From assembly GCF_030144855.1 (NCBI RefSeq), contig NC_082731.1, positions 26,784,001 to 26,848,000 of the forward strand: a DNA stretch of 64,000 bases, written 5' to 3'. How positions within the stretch are numbered: position 1 is the stretch's first letter; each line of letters starts with the position of its first letter. Shown piece after piece: positions 62,531 to 64,000 of this stretch. The notes under the pieces were generated by a model. That model searched no databases, was not told the origin of the DNA, and worked only from the letters and a program-made list of their open reading frames with translations. Source of the DNA: Hypanus sabinus. Its lineage: Eukaryota. A program made the translations under genes and the position numbers.

Positions 62531-63170
62531 TGATCCATTTGTGATATTCAAAAGGAAAATGGAATATTGAAAGGAAGACAAACTGCAGAATACGTGGAGA
62601 GACAAGACAGCGAGATCTGCTGGTTTGCTCTTGAATGCAGACCACAGACACTTTAATAGGCAAATTGACTTTCTTCCACAGTATTCAACCAGTGATTCTC
62701 TGTGATTAAGCAGTCTGTTCAGCTGCTATTACCTCCTAACTTTCCAACATCCTCAATGCTTCTTGTCCCAAAGACAATGATATCTGTCAGGTGCTAGGAC
62801 TTGGATCAAATATGTTTTCATGAGGTCTGTCACTTGTCTCTCACAGTGCAGTTTGTTGGTGAAGAAGAGTCCAGGTTCCATGCATTTCATCAGGAAGAGA
62901 ATTTTCTTGAAGACAGGAGAAGTGCAGACGCTAGAATCTGGAGGAGAACTCAAACTGCAAGATGAACTCAACAGGTCAGACAACAACAGTGGAAGCAAAA
63001 GAAGGGACATTTCAAGTGGCCACTCTGCATCTGTACAGGCACTGGCTTCTTGTCCCACACGATTCTACTCAATTTGGATTTACTTCTTACATGTCCATTG
63101 CACGTTTCTGAAAGTTTTTGTCCTTTCTCTCTCTCTTATTAAAATAAAAGTAAATAATTTGTTTCCTATT

Positions 63171-63606
63171 TGAAGTCAGGCCGGGATTTGCTCAAGTTTC
63201 AGAAGAAAGCCTCTGTGATCCCATGTGGAAGAAAGTTTCGAATATAGTGTTCAAATAATTGTACGTTGCTAAAGCTTTGTGACCTTGTGGACATCCCGTG
63301 TTTCCCAATAAAGTTCCAAGTCTGCGAAACTAATATCATGCTGGCCGAAACCCTTCATTAGAGGGATAGCTGCACAAAATAAGGGTTGATGGGTGAGGCA
63401 CTAATCAACTTTTTGTCTTGCTAATGGGGGTGGGGGGGGGGGGTTGTTTTCGCTCACTTGTTTGCTACTAGATATAAACACAAGCGTTACGAGTTACGAT
63501 TCCTCGTAACTCAGAGTTCCAAGTGGACATTCATGGTAGCATGCTAAAATAAAAAAATCGCCCCTTGAATTCTGGTATCGAGATTTATTTCAAAACTTAC
63601 CTGACA
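63171..63606 (+). mobile_element. 5' LTR of an LTR retroelement (ERV- or Gypsy-like) continuing beyond the window
   Basis: TGAAGTCAGG...CCTGACA termini, TATA-like gatataaa at about 63472, AATAAA at about 63548, followed immediately by a PBS. Confidence 0.75.
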
Positions 63607-63609
63607 AAT

Positions 63610-63628
63610 TGGCGTAGTCTAGCAGGAT
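63610..63628 (+). promoter_or_regulatory. Primer-binding site complementary to tRNA-Ser
   Basis: tggcgtagtctagcaggat versus TGGCGTAGTCGGCAGGAT (complement of the vertebrate tRNA-Ser 3' end), 3 nt after the LTR-terminal CA. Confidence 0.75.
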
Positions 63629-63926
63629 ACGTACAGAACTGGATCGAACAATGGACTAACTGAGCATCACAAATGTACCTTCGAGTTAGCCCCCCACCCC
63701 ACCTCGTTGCGTGGTCCACTTTGAGACCCCCTGATCCTGGCCCGTGATCGGGTAGGAAAGATGTAGAAAGTAGGAAAACCGCAGCATTTTGTAAATTCAA
63801 AGAATTATATAAGTAAGACTTCAAGGGGTGAATGGGTCGAAATTTCCTTCATACTTAGACTTTTTTTTGCTGGACGGGGTAAATAGATTGAAGGAGGATG
63901 GGAAGTAGTAATAGTAAAATTGGTGA

Positions 63927-64000
63927 GAGAGAGAGAGGGGGAGAGGGAGAGGGAGATGGAGAGAGGGAGAGGGAGAGGGAGGGAGAGAGGGAGGGAGAGA
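63927..64000. repeat. GA/GGA-rich simple repeat
   Basis: gagagagaggggagagggagagg... Confidence 0.9.

Noticed and set aside
29795-62850. CACAGTG/CACTGTG heptamers (about 29800, 36525, 47900, 62843) as possible RSS
   Set aside because: None has a nonamer at 12 or 23 bp spacing.
62910-63010. EVQTLESGGELK in ORF 62820-63173 looks like a VH framework 1
   Set aside because: The DNA (gaagtgcagacgctagaatctggaggagaactc..gaactcaacaggtcagac) matches the Penelope terminal repeat seen elsewhere in the window; no Cys, Trp or other V motifs follow.

Overview
This is eukaryotic, transposon-dense, largely non-genic DNA, most likely from a cartilaginous fish. That is inferred from IgW/IgNAR-type constant-domain remnants together with a CR1/HE1-SINE/Penelope/Rex1/L1 repeat landscape. 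I see no intact host protein-coding gene; almost all ORFs in the track are decayed transposon pieces. Non-repeat content: a decayed IgW/IgNAR-like heavy-chain constant region on the minus strand (about 32.8-36.7 kb). Two of its C1-set domains are clearly recognisable and two are weaker. One exon is hit by an L1 with a 15-nt TSD, and removing the L1 joins two C domains in frame with no intron. Fainter Ig C/V-like ghosts lie at about 45.5-47.5, 54.0-54.3 and 62.3-62.5 kb. A diverged 1.3-2 kb unclassified module is present as two inverted copies flanking the Ig remnant. A CpG island with NRF1/E-box/CCAAT-like motifs is fused to a decayed ERV gag-pol. Mobile elements include a full-length L1 with TSD, many nested CR1s, a chromodomain Gypsy element nested in a CR1, two solo LTRs with TSDs, a Harbinger-like MITE, a hAT deletion derivative with a perfect 8-bp TSD, a Penelope element, and an LTR plus tRNA-Ser PBS at the window end. 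Boundaries without a TSD are approximate. Protein comparisons are by eye against remembered family consensus, not database searches.
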